From contig JAGIQG010000019.1 in the NCBI GenBank assembly GCA_024679065.1, forward strand, positions 30,380,001 through 30,444,000: a stretch of 64,000 bases of DNA. The letters run 5' to 3'. A model generated the notes under the pieces. It had not been told where the DNA came from. It saw nothing but the letters and a program-made list of their open reading frames with translations, and searched no databases. The stretch is from Sphyrna mokarran (taxonomy: Eukaryota). Below are positions 50,804-61,925 of this stretch, in pieces. How positions within the stretch are numbered: the stretch's first letter is position 1; each line of letters opens with the position of its first letter. Made by a program: the position numbers and the translations under genes.

Positions 50804-52710
50804 TCACTATAGATTAGCCAGGAAGGAGCTAAAAAGTGAATTGAGGAGAGCTAAGAGGGGACACGAGAAGATGTTGGCTGATAGGATTAAGGAGAATCCT
50901 AAAGCTTTCTTTCGATATGTTAAGAATAGAAGATTGGTTAGGGCAAGATTAGGGCCAGTCATAGACAGCAGTGGGAAGTTGTGCGTGGAGCCTGAAGAGA
51001 TTGGTGAGGCACTGAATAAATATTTCTCTTCGGTATTCACGCAGAGTGCTGGAAATGTAGCTATGGAGAACACTGAGGTACAGGGTTGCAAATTGGGAAG
51101 TATTGTAGTAGATAGGGAGGATGTGCTAGAAATTCTCGAGGGTTTGAAGTTGGATAAGTCCCCTGGGCCGGACGGGATTTACCCTAGGATTCTCTGGGAG
51201 GCAAGAGTGGAGATTGCAGAGCCTCTGGCTCTGATCTTCAGGTCCTCGTTGGTTACGGGTGTGGTTCCGGAGGACTGGAGGATAGCGAATGTGGTCCCAT
51301 TGTTTAAGAAGGGGAAGAGAGACCTTCCAGGGAATTATAGGCCAGTGAGTCTTACTTCTGTTGTGGGCAAGGTATTGGAGAGAATTATTAGGGATAGGAT
51401 TTATAGTTATTTAGAGAGAAATGAATTGATTGGGGATAGTCAGCATGGTTTCGTGAAGGGTAGGTCATGCCTTACTAACCTCATTGAGTTTTTTGAGAAA
51501 GTGACCAAAGAGGTGGATGGGGGTAAGGCGGTTGATGTAGTATATATGGACTTTAGTAAGGCGTTTGATAAGGTGGCCCATGGAAGACTTCTACAGAAAA
51601 TGCAGATGTGTGGAATAGAGGGTGATTTAGCTAATTGGATTAGGAATTGGCTGGCAGATAGAAGACAGAGGGTGGTGGTTGATGGGAGATATTCATCGTG
51701 GAGTTCGGTGACAAGTGGTGTGCCTCAGGGGTCTGTTTTGGGGCCCCTGCTGTTTGTAATTTTTATAAATGATCTGGATGAGGGTATTGAGGGATGGATC
51801 AGTAAATTTGCAGATAACACTAAAGTCGGTGGAGTGGTAGATAGTGAAGAGGGGTGTTATAGTTTACAGAGTGACTTGGACAAGTTGCAGAGCTGGGCCG
51901 AGAGGTGGCAAATGGAGTTTAATGTGGAAAAGTGTGAGGTAATGCACTTTGGCAGGAACAATAAATGTGTAGAGTATAGGGCTAATGGTAGGGCTCTTAA
52001 TAGTGTTGAGGAACAGAAGGATCTTGGTGTATGTGTCAATAGATCCCTGAAAGTAGGCAGTCAAGTGGATAAAGTTGTTAAGAAGGCATATGGAGTCTTA
52101 GCTTTTATTGGTAGGGGGATTGAATTTAGGAGCCGCAGCATCATGTTGCAACTGTACAAAACTCTAGTGCGGCCGCACTTGGAGTATTGTGTGCAGTTCT
52201 GGTCCCCACATTATAAGAAAGATGTGGAGGCATTGGAGAGGGTACAGAGGAGGTTTACCAGGATGTTGCCTGGTATGGAGGGCAGGTCTTATGAAGAGAG
52301 GTTGAGGGATTTGAGGTTGTTTTCGTTAGAAAGGAGGCGGCTAAGAGGGGATCTTATTGAAGCATATAAGATGATTAGAGGTTTAGATAGGGTGGACAGT
52401 GATAGCCTTTTTCCTAGGATGGAGAAAGCTAGCACGAGGGGACACAGCTTTAAATTAAGGGGTATGAGTTATAGGACGGATATCAGAGGTAGGTTCTTTA
52501 CTCAAAGAGTGATTAGGGAGTGGAATGCCCTGCCTGCAGCTGTTGTAGATGCGCCAAGTTTGGTGGCGTTTAAGAGGTTAGTTGATAAGTATATGGAAGA
52601 GAAGGGAATGGTTTAGTTTGGAGGGGCATTGCTTTTTATTTTGGTCGGCACAACATCGAAGGCCGAAGGGCCTGTTCTGTGCTGTAATGTTCTATGTTCT
52701 ATGTTCTATG
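50804..52710 (+). mobile_element. 5'-truncated young CR1 (HER1-like) LINE; 591-aa open RT frame lacking the endonuclease
   Basis: ORF 50841-52616 with RT motifs but FADN instead of FADD; ~95-nt 3' UTR ending GGCCGAAGGGCCTG...(GTTCTAT)3; candidate TSD ATGAAA at 50798-50803 and 52708-52713. Confidence 0.95.
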
Positions 52711-52883
52711 AAACTGTAATTTAACTGTCTGCAGAGTGCCATATTTGGGGATGGAAAGGAAGTATTTTCTTTTTAACAGCAGGATTTTATTTCATATTCC
52801 TGCTGGCAGGAGACTGCAGATCGCCTGTAGTAAATTATTTGTTGTTTATTCATTAACTGGGTTAAAGTGGTCACGTTTGTTAC

Positions 52884-53055
52884 CTGCTGTACTGTTGGTG
52901 TGATAACAGGAATGATCTGTTTCTGTCGCTCCGATAAGATGATGATATCATCAATAGCCCACTGGTCATATCCTTCACCAGAATGAACAGGCTGCCACCA
53001 GCGAAACCGGGTACAGGTAGTCTTGGCAGAAGCCGGAAGCTCAAAATATACAAAT
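52884..53055 (-). CDS. RELN: Reelin coding exon (~26), 172 nt
   Basis: ttgacag|A TTT GTA ... CAG CAG|gtaac; [57 protein letters not shown]. Confidence 0.96.
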
Positions 53056-53109
53056 CTGTCAAATGAAACGGAAATGGTAAAAAAATTTCTGTTCAGTTTA
53101 ATTAATTAC

Positions 53110-53645
53110 CGGTAAATTTCTTTTCCCATGGCTCTGCAGGCTTGGTCAGTAAGAATCTGGCAACACCAATTTTAAATCCAACTGATTTATTTGATAGTAA
53201 ATCTGCGAGCTTTCGACTTCTGTCTTCGTCAGGCAAATGCAGTGTTCTGGTCTGCAATAGCACATACATCAGCACAGACAGTCACAGATTGCTGATTAGA
53301 ATGCGAATCCTTACACCTAACCTGCTATTCAAGTCTTAAAGTGGCTAACAATGTGAGTGAAGCATTGGTTAGAGAGATGTGTATTATCCCCAGACAGCAC
53401 AGTAAGTGAGGTTTTTTGCTAACCCAGGCAAGTCATGGGGGTTACAGATAGTGTGACATGAAGCCAAGATCCCTGTTAAGACCGTCCTCATGTGTGCGGA
53501 ACTTGGCTATCAGTCTCTGCTCAGCGACTCTGCGCTGTTGTGTCATGAAGGCCCCCTTGAAGAACATTTACTTGAAGGTCGGAGGCCGAATGCCCGTGAC
53601 TGCTGAAGTGTTCGCCCACAGGAAGGGAACTGTTTTGCCTGGTGA
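53110..53645 (-). mobile_element. Penelope-like element 3' fragment (GIY-YIG endonuclease C-terminus + pseudo-LTR)
   Basis: Minus translation SLPVGEHFSSHGHSASDLQVNVLQGGLHDT[frameshift]QRRVAEQRLIAKFRTHEDGLNRDLGFMSHYL*; downstream caaataaatcagttggatt..aattggtgttg similar to the arms at 6505 and 26418. Confidence 0.85.
53201..53238 (-). ncRNA. Minimal type I hammerhead ribozyme (Penelope-associated)
   Basis: Minus-strand RNA AUUUGC-CUGACGA-A-GAC-AGAA-GUC-GAA-AGCU-C/GCAGAU: complete core, 6-bp stem I, 3-bp stem II, palindromic AGCU stem III. Confidence 0.8.
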
Positions 53646-54239
53646 ATTGCCTACAAGCTTGGACCATTCTCAGACAAAAGGGCAAAGAGACATCCAGTTG
53701 CCAGGCTGGCCCTGTTGAACCAGATGTAGTTGAACTTTATTTTTGTTCCCTCCTGCTGGGAGTGAGTGTATATCCTTCACTTGATGCCTTCCTCCAGTGT
53801 AAGAGTCAAATTCTTTAACTCACTATGCGAGGGAGCATTGGCCCAAAACCCACAAGTTGCAGCAACATAGCACCACCGTTCAGCCCTCTGCCTGAAAAAT
53901 AGTGGCCTGTGGGACAGAAAGATTTTATCCCAGATAAGTGGCATCTCTAAAGGAATCAGGGAAAACCAGTTCAGGAAGTGGCCACACAATCCTCTGGCTG
54001 AAGCAACAGTGTTTAATTTGCTCTGCAAAGCTGAAACGAGAGCTGGTACTGATGGCAGGATTTTGGGTGATGATATTTCTATGACAAATCTCGCAAAAGT
54101 ACTTCTGAAGAGCATCTTTGTTCTGGCTGATGTAATGGCACCCAAGGTTGTCTTTAATGAGTGTTTAAATCTAATTTAGTGAGTGACTCAAATCTAATAA
54201 ACAAACATGGTACGTATGTGCTCCCTCCTCAAGTCTTAC

Positions 54240-54445
54240 CTGGGTTGACTGTAGTCAGAAAAGTACATTTCCGAGAGCAGGTGCCAGCTTATGCCACCAT
54301 TGTTGCTGTACTGTAATAAAACACCCTCCTCTCTACTGTCAGGTGTGTTACAGGAGCCGATGTTCCCTCCAATCCGAACATAGAATTGGATAAAGTCTAC
54401 CCATTGAGTGTCCAGGTCCCAGCTGACGAGTTGCCTCTTTCCATT
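54240..54445 (-). CDS. RELN: Reelin coding exon (~25), 206 nt
   Basis: tattcag|AAT GGA AAG ... CCC AG|gtaag; [27 protein letters not shown]...[26 protein letters not shown](R). Confidence 0.97.
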
Positions 54446-54656
54446 CTGAATAAGTAAATGGAACACACCTTGAAAGTTACAATATCTGATATGCCTTGTT
54501 ACAGGCATAATACATGACAGAATTGTTGGGAAAATGACTTTACAAAATGTGAAGGATGAAAAAGTTTAAAGGTCTTTGCTCACATGAGAAAGAGACCGAA
54601 GTGTTATTTTAGACTGAGCCCATAGGTACATTTTTCCCCTTAGTTTCAAAGGCAAA

Positions 54657-55985
54657 GGGTGAGATTCACCCATTCTGACATTAAGGTCGGGACATTACAG
54701 CCTCACTTGTCCCAAAACCATAAAATCCAGGCCGAGGTCAATGGATCTTCCCACTGTCCACCCCATGTTCACTCCGATTCCCGTGGTGGATGGGACAGGG
54801 CAGGTTCTGTGGCACTTGTCCCATTGATCAGGTTCAATGCCTGGAACTTCAATAATTATGCACAAGCACTTTCCCATCCAAGACACTTGGCTGGCTGGCA
54901 GCTGATTTGCCCATCCAGCTGGCAGCTGGCAGGTTCAAAGGACCCAGCACCATATTGAAACACCAGTTCAGTATCCTTTTCTTTTACTCTCTCCAACCTA
55001 CCTGTCTGCACCAGACCATGCAGAATGTCAGCAATCCAAAGAGACAAGGCTAGCAACCTCAGCCAGAAATCTGTTCCTTGATTCAACCACTCTCTCCCGT
55101 AGCACATCATCAGCAAGGCGCCCACTCCCCATTTGGATATCTATCCACTGCATGTGTGCATCCTCTTCCAGTTTCCTTTGGAACCCTCCTCACTTATTTG
55201 TGAGCTTTTTATCTAGCTTTGTTGGGGTCCAGTTCTTTTCCATTTGATATTCCATTGATCCTCATTCACCATCTTGTTTACCTGTGTGCCACCGTGGGTC
55301 TTTGCCCTTCAGTATCCCCACGTTGTCAGTCTTTCTTCCACATTACCCTGCCCCCTTGTTTTTGTTAGACTACACCCCAACCTCATCTCTCACCACTTCT
55401 CACCCCCCAATCAAACTTAGTTGAAGTGATTGCATGAATCCTGCAACACAGTTCTGTCTGAATAGTTACTAGTGTGTGGCACCAGGGGGAAGGAAATCCC
55501 TGTGCTCCCCAAAGCCAAGCCTGTACTGATCTGACTCAATGACACAGAAGGATCCATGGATCCAATGCTGTCCATGAAGATCAGAGGCAGTAACTGGTCT
55601 GCCCAACAGAGTGGTGAGCGGCACATCATGAGTAGTGAAACACTATGGCAGCAGGTTATTGCCCTCAGCCTGAAATCTCTGGTGAACCAAGGACTTCCAC
55701 GTGAACATTACTCATCAGTAATCAGGTTTGATGGTTGGTAATTTCACATTGGTGAATGGAAGGCCTGAACGGATGCCAGCGAACAGCTGTTTTCCTGAGC
55801 ATTCATGAGAGGCAAATGGTGTTTGCACCACCTGCCAGGGGGAAATGTGACCCACCATTAACCCGCCACTGGGAGAACTTGCAATGTGATTTTATGCTGG
55901 TGTGCTTCCGATTTTTGTCTCCTGCCAGATTTACACACCTGCCCACCACCAAACCAGCTGCAGGCTGGATGGGAGAATTCCACCC
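54657..55985. mobile_element. Non-autonomous TIR element (~1.3 kb)
   Basis: Imperfect TIRs GGGTGAGATTCACCC / GGGAGAATTCCACCC; right half homologous to ~3270-3500 plus ~4550-4885. Confidence 0.65.
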
Positions 55986-56354
55986 ATGGAGTGCGGTTCC
56001 ATGAGTACATATTCATCTCCAGCTTCTCTGCCAAGTGATTATCTTTCAATTGAGATCCTCGACAGTGGCTGAAAGGTGCAAGCAACAGTTGGCAATCAAG
56101 CTATTGTCACTTGGATTTTTCACATCCAACCTTTACAGAAGTAATTTTCCTCTTGCTTATGCTGCAACATTCTCATTGCTGCCTGACTGAAGTCACTGAT
56201 CTAAACAAACAATTATTGGGAAACTCGTAGTTGTTTGTTTTCATTTCTAAGTTTCAAAATCACGCAATAAGCATACATCCTTACATCATACTAAAGTCAT
56301 ATACAGATCTGCTAGACACTGATTCAGGTTGTCTTGGATAAGAAAAAACTGTAC

Positions 56355-56541
56355 CTCAGAGAAGTAGAGCGATGAACCTGAGGAAATGACTCCGCAGCCC
56401 TCCTCCGGTTTAACAATTTGTCCACCAATAACTTCCTGCCAATCATTCTTCATCACAGCCTCATTCTCAAAGTCACATGTCACTGTTGAAGGCAACATAG
56501 CCTCTGGCTTACAGGTAGATCCGTGATAACCTGAATCACAT
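56355..56541 (-). CDS. RELN: Reelin coding exon (~24), 187 nt
   Basis: catcaag|A TGT GAT ... TCT GAG|gtacag; [62 protein letters not shown]. Confidence 0.96.
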
Positions 56542-57101
56542 CTTGATGGAAACAAATGGCCATTTAGGGACTGATAGTACAATTCTGCATTTTTGTTGAT
56601 GAGCTGAATTTGAAATTAATTTAGTTTAAAGGGATATTCAAACACATGCATTTAAGGTCATGAATGTAAATATGGGCCATAATTCTTGTCTGTGGCTGGG
56701 ATTCTCTGATCCCGCTGCTAAGATTGGAAATTTGGCTAAGCGCCAACTTCTCCGTTGTGATGGGGTGTACGACATTGGAGAATTCTGGCCACGGTGTTCT
56801 GGGCTACAAAGGCAATCACCTAATAAACTGGAATGAGTTAATACATTCAATCCACCTCTTACATCAATGTACAATGCACCCCATCATGGACTTTATTTTG
56901 ACATCACGGACTAAAAAAAGTCTTGATCATTTCCAGGATCCTGTGCTCAACACTTGGAGTGTGTACCAAATGGAGTTGCTGCACAGATCATCCATGATCA
57001 AGCTGAATGATGAAACAGGTTCAAAGGGCTGAATGGTTTACTCCTGTGCCTTTGTATACATGCATTTCCTGATCAGTCAATATTTCTATATTATTACATA
57101 C

Positions 57102-57239
57102 TTGCACAGTCCATTGTAACACCAGCCATGTCCATTGCACATTTCAGGACACTGTTGACCAATATAAATATCATCTAACGCCCATTCGTCCTGAATCATA
57201 TAGTAACTCTGGCTCCATCGAAAACGTGTAGCACTTGAC
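57102..57239 (-). CDS. RELN: Reelin coding exon (~23), 138 nt, start of an EGF-like module
   Basis: gattcag|G TCA AGT ... TGC AA|gtatgt; [45 protein letters not shown](K). Confidence 0.96.
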
Positions 57240-57349
57240 CTGAATCAGTTTAAAAAAAAAGTTAGGAATTTAACTTAATTAAAATGATCAGTGACTGTAT
57301 AACTAATCATTGTGACAAAAGTATGTGGAGATTTATTGAAAGAAACGCT

Positions 57350-57660
57350 TATAACTCCTGAATTAGTTCAGTTGGCAAAAATATCTGAGTCGCACAGGCC
57401 AGAGGTCTCAAGTTTATTAGCTAATCTCCTCCTGGGTGGTAGTTAAGGTGTCATAATATAGCCTTGGATCTCCTAAACTAGAGAGGAAAGAATCAGCAAT
57501 AGTCATTGATGGAAAGAGTAATATTTGGCTGTAACAACAACATGTTTGATAAACCTGACAATATTCATTGGTTCAGACACAAAGAATGGCCACCTGAGTA
57601 AAGTATCAAAGCACAACCAATCAGCAATTGTATCTCAATATGAGTCTGCTCCCCACAGAG
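57350..57660 (+). mobile_element. Possible ancient tRNA-SINE relic (AmnSINE2-like)
   Basis: tagttcagttgg head, ttagctaatctc, acacaaagaatggccacctgagt; recognised from memory only. Confidence 0.35.
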
Positions 57661-58985
57661 AGGAGGGTACAAGGAAATAGTTAGGCCCAAACCCTCATTT
57701 TTTTAAAAAAAGGCATATAAGTAACATTGTAAATGTACGTAAAGAATATTCATGTTACTCAGTGACCTGCTTTACAGTTATTGAAGTGGTGGTACCAATG
57801 GAGCAGAGAAAATAATCTGTATCCTATTAGGGAACTGCGTGCAAATATCTGGGCACAATTCACTACATTAAGACTCCATTTTTAATAGTCAAGCCCAATA
57901 TTATGATTGAAGAGGTAAAGCTTCAATGAATGAATCTTAAGCTATGATGCACTGGTTGAACACAGAAGATGTTAATTTATTTTATCAATGAGCCCATATT
58001 TGTCAAGTACTGCATTTAACATCTGAGAATTTATACCACATTGGGAGAAAACACCACTCTAATTTCATTATTTAGCCCATAAATCAGATTTTTGGAAGGC
58101 TGAATCTTGTCTTCCTACATGGTGCATATTGCTCCCAAGACTCAATCCCTTTCTGGAGCTCCTGTGTCACTTTCGGCACAAAGGTATTGTGGGCTGAAAA
58201 GCAGAATATTTGGATCATTGACTTTAATGCAGCCAGGAAGTGTCACACTTATGGTATGATCTCAGACTGGTTTTGAAGGTCAACTGCTTAGGAAGTTCAG
58301 ATGATAATTGGTGAATGTAAGAACATACTCTTCCCAGTCAAGAACCAGCTAATGCAATGACATTTTAATATTTATATTTCAAAATGCAAATGTGATAATT
58401 ACACTGCGTTTGTTAAAAAAAACTGTCCCCAACAGCTGCCTGCATCTCATCAGCAGTGTTGTTATGCAAATATCTACACATAAAAACAAATTCATTTTCA
58501 TAAAGCAAAAGCCAATGTAATTTGTCTAAGCTGTGCTTAGTACATAATGTGATTGGAAGAAAAATGGCAAGCTCAGGGCAGCAGTTTTCATCAAATGTCC
58601 TGCAAATGCTTTATGAAATTGGTGTTAAGATGATCAAATCCCTTCTGACACACTCCAACATGTTTAAACACCAGTGTTCTTTGTGGTTTGAATGCATTTG
58701 CCTAAATACTGAAGAACTGTGCATATTCAATCAGTGTTAAACAGAAACTTGTTAATTTTTTTATGGCTATTACAGAGATTAAAAATTCATTTGAGCCGAT
58801 AACAGCTGTTAAGATAATTAAAACCATAGTCACAAGTTGGGGAGGAGCCAATTAAAGCCCAGTTACCTGGAGTTTTTGAATTCACATTCTACAGATTTAT
58901 GTGATGAGACAGTTGGTGGGAAGACAATGATTCATCTTACATTTGGCGCATTCCCAAGGATTAATGCCTGCAATGATTTACTTAC

Positions 58986-59098
58986 CACGTTTTCTGTTGC
59001 AGGGACACAGTTACTCTTTTCCACTGTGAGAACTCTGAGAAATGATAAACACTGGCAGAGGTAAACTCCTGGCAACTAGGCATACTAGGAAAACATTC
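58986..59098 (-). CDS. RELN: Reelin coding exon (~22), 113 nt
   Basis: cctgcag|GAA TGT TTT ... ACG TG|gtaag; [37 protein letters not shown](W); not in the ORF track; phases fit neighbours. Confidence 0.96.
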
Positions 59099-59214
59099 CT
59101 GCAGGAAAACACATCAAACCAAAATTTTTAAAATTCCACATCTGCCTGTCAAAAGGTTCCAAATGTACAATTTGGGAATCAATGGATTAATGAAGATTGA
59201 GGGCTGCAAAGAGC

Positions 59215-59790
59215 ATTGGTGAGGCCACACCTGGACTATTGTATGCAGTTTTGGTGTTCTTATTTGAGGAAGGATGCTCTTGGCATAGAGGGAGTGCAGC
59301 GAAGGTTTACTAGGCTGATTCCTGGGATGGCAGATCTGTCATATGAGGAGAAGCTAAGTTGGTTAGAATTATATTCACTGGAGTTTAGAAGAATGAAAGA
59401 GGATCTCATAGAAACTTATAAAATTCTAACAGGGCTGGACAGGGTAGATTCAGAAAGAGTGTTCCCAATGGTGGTGAAGTCCAGAACTAGGAGGTCATAG
59501 TTTGAGGATAAGAAGTAAACCTTTTAAGAACAGAGGTGAGGAGAAATTTCTTCACACAGAAGGTGATGAAGATGTGGAATTCACTACCACAGAAAATAGT
59601 TGAGACCAAACATTGTCTGATTTCAAGATGAAATTAGATATAGCTCTTGGGGATAAAAGGATATGGGAGGGAGGGAGAATCAGGATATTGAATTCAATGA
59701 TCAGCCATGATCAAAATGAATGGCAAAACAGGCTCAAAGAGCCAAATGGCCTACTCCTATTTCTAGTTTCTGTGTTTCTATGCTTCTATT
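59215..59790 (+). mobile_element. CR1 3' fragment
   Basis: VRPHLDYCMQFW...GVQRRFTRLIPG...SLEFRRMKEDLIETYK; tail ggcctactcctatttctag. Confidence 0.92.
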
Positions 59791-61378
59791 GAGAGAATAT
59801 CTTCTTTGAGTTAGACATATTTGAAATACCTGCAGTAGTCACCCTAACTGGATTGTCAATGTTATCGATTCATATTCTGATAAAGCCATGGAAATGTATG
59901 AGGCAAAAACATGCTCAAAAGAATTTTCAGATTCAAAAATCAAACAAATAGGTAGTTTTCTTCTTTCCAGATCACAATGAAGTCCTGTGACAAATGGAAC
60001 TTTCAGTAAGTTATAACCAGAAAGAACAAGTGGGAGCCACTAGTTTTGGGCTGTGTTAATGTGGCATAGGAGGAGCTATTAGAGCAGAAATATTAAAACA
60101 ACAGAGGCGAGCAAAAGCAACCATCTACACAAATGCTTTGTTGAAGAATATGGTGTCTGAACAAACCTTCAGAAAATCTCCACGGTGACAGTCCTTGGTT
60201 GAGAAGATATGTACTGAAGAAGTTTGTGAACCCAAGTTATCTTCTCCAGGGAAAGCACTTCATTCACACCAGTTTTAGGTGAAACTTAGTCACAACATAA
60301 AGTCTTAAAATTAAAAAGATGGTACTGATATCTGGGAAAATCAAAATCTGGTTCAAACCTAAATAAAACTTCATTGATGGCTGCGAACCTGTTCAATAAA
60401 GGCCTAAGTAGGAAATTGATTAAATTTAAACACGTTAATTCAAATATAATCACAGGCGGAGGCCTTATTTATTGAAAATCCATATTTGGTGTCAAGGTGA
60501 AGATGATCTGAATTCAACTTTAAATAATGACCGCACATATTCATAATACCAAGACAACAAAAGTAAAGATTCGGCATTGACAGAAACAACGTATATAAAT
60601 TGTAAACTGCTTTCTGACATCACTAAATGTAATTTATGCCAAGATGTGGCACAAGTCTCAAGATTGAACTAGCACTGAACTATAAACTAGAGCCTGAACA
60701 TTCACGTCACAACATGGGATCACTTTTTATTAGTAATGAATAAAAAAATGACCAGCTGTCTGCACATATTCCCTTTCCATTTGTACAAAATTTATCCAAC
60801 AGTGCACAATTCAAAAAAAGATTGTATCATTGGTGCAATCCAAACTGGACTGATTAATGTTTGTAATGTTTAACATTGAGCTCTTTAGGTTATTTTAAAA
60901 ATAAAGGAAAACTGTAGTTAGCTTGAACAGTAAGATGAATGGTCCTAATTACGAATAGGGTAAATTCAGTACTCAATAATGAACCTCATTGAAAGGGAAC
61001 ATTTGCAGCAGAGAAAGTTCTCTTCAAACACAGGAGTGCTGAATCTATCATTTAATAATTCCACTTTCCTCTGGAAAATTTAATCTGTAGAATTTATGCA
61101 ATGCTACATGCAGAAGAAGGCCTTTCAGCCCATTGAGTCTGCACCTACTCTCTGAAAATGCAATTACCCAGGCCCACCAGAAGAGTGGTAGGTGGAAGAA
61201 TTGGCGTCAAGATGTTTAATTGTTCAAGACTATAAGAGACAGACTTGTTGGATTAGTGGATCTTTACACTTTTTGTATTTTTATCTGTTCTTATAAGTTA
61301 CAAGTTTCTGGCTACATCAGTGTTTAAATTTAGCACTAAACAAGTCCAAAAACTAGTAAATCTTGCTCTTATATTTAC

Positions 61379-61571
61379 CTCCTGTACAAGGTGCCACGTT
61401 AAGCCGTGATTTGTGGAATATTCTAGTCTTATTTGGTTGTCCACGTGTAGTGTAAAAGGCTTTCCACAGCCCATCACCAGGCTGAATTGCAGCATATATG
61501 AGGCTCCGATCTGCATGGACTGGGTTTCGACATAGCGCATGCTCGAACTTGTTTTAGAATCTCCAGTGAAA
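61379..61571 (-). CDS. RELN: Reelin coding exon (human exon ~21 equivalent), 193 nt
   Basis: ttgctacag|T TTC ACT GGA ... CAG GAG|gtaaat; encodes [64 protein letters not shown] with a BNR/Asp-box-like motif (YSTNHGLTW). Confidence 0.97.
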
Positions 61572-61654
61572 CTGTAGCAACAAATAAAGAAATATTAAAT
61601 GGATTTAATTGTTAAGATCAAACCAAAGGCAGAATTCTTTAGTAAAGTAATGTG

Positions 61655-61925
61655 AGTGATTGACTGTGCAGTAGGTTAGTCACTAGCCTTTCATCTCGAG
61701 GCCATTAGTACAATCCAAACTAGACTGATTGATAAAAGTTTGATTATTTGCTGGTTACTCAAACCTAATTCCTGAATGGCATAAGCCTAAATGCATAAAG
61801 TTGTATTATTTTGAGGGTACTTGCAATCTTATTGAGAGCGACTACAAGTTAGGTGTTGCAGGAAATGTAAAATCACTGTGCTGATTCAACAGAATATGCT
61901 CTTTGAAGGTTGAGGCTGAAGCAGT
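61655..61925 (+). mobile_element. Possible LF-SINE-like relic
   Basis: cactagcctttcatctc...aatccaaactagactga and a distal ggttgaggc resemble the LF-SINE consensus as I recall it. Confidence 0.45.

Noticed and set aside
52688-52710. Short direct repeats as a CRISPR-like array
   Set aside because: These are (GTTCTAT)n LINE tails with no spacers, in vertebrate DNA.
60167-60275. Possible additional RELN exon
   Set aside because: No reelin-like translation; exons at 61379 and 59098 already join in frame (VQE|ECF).
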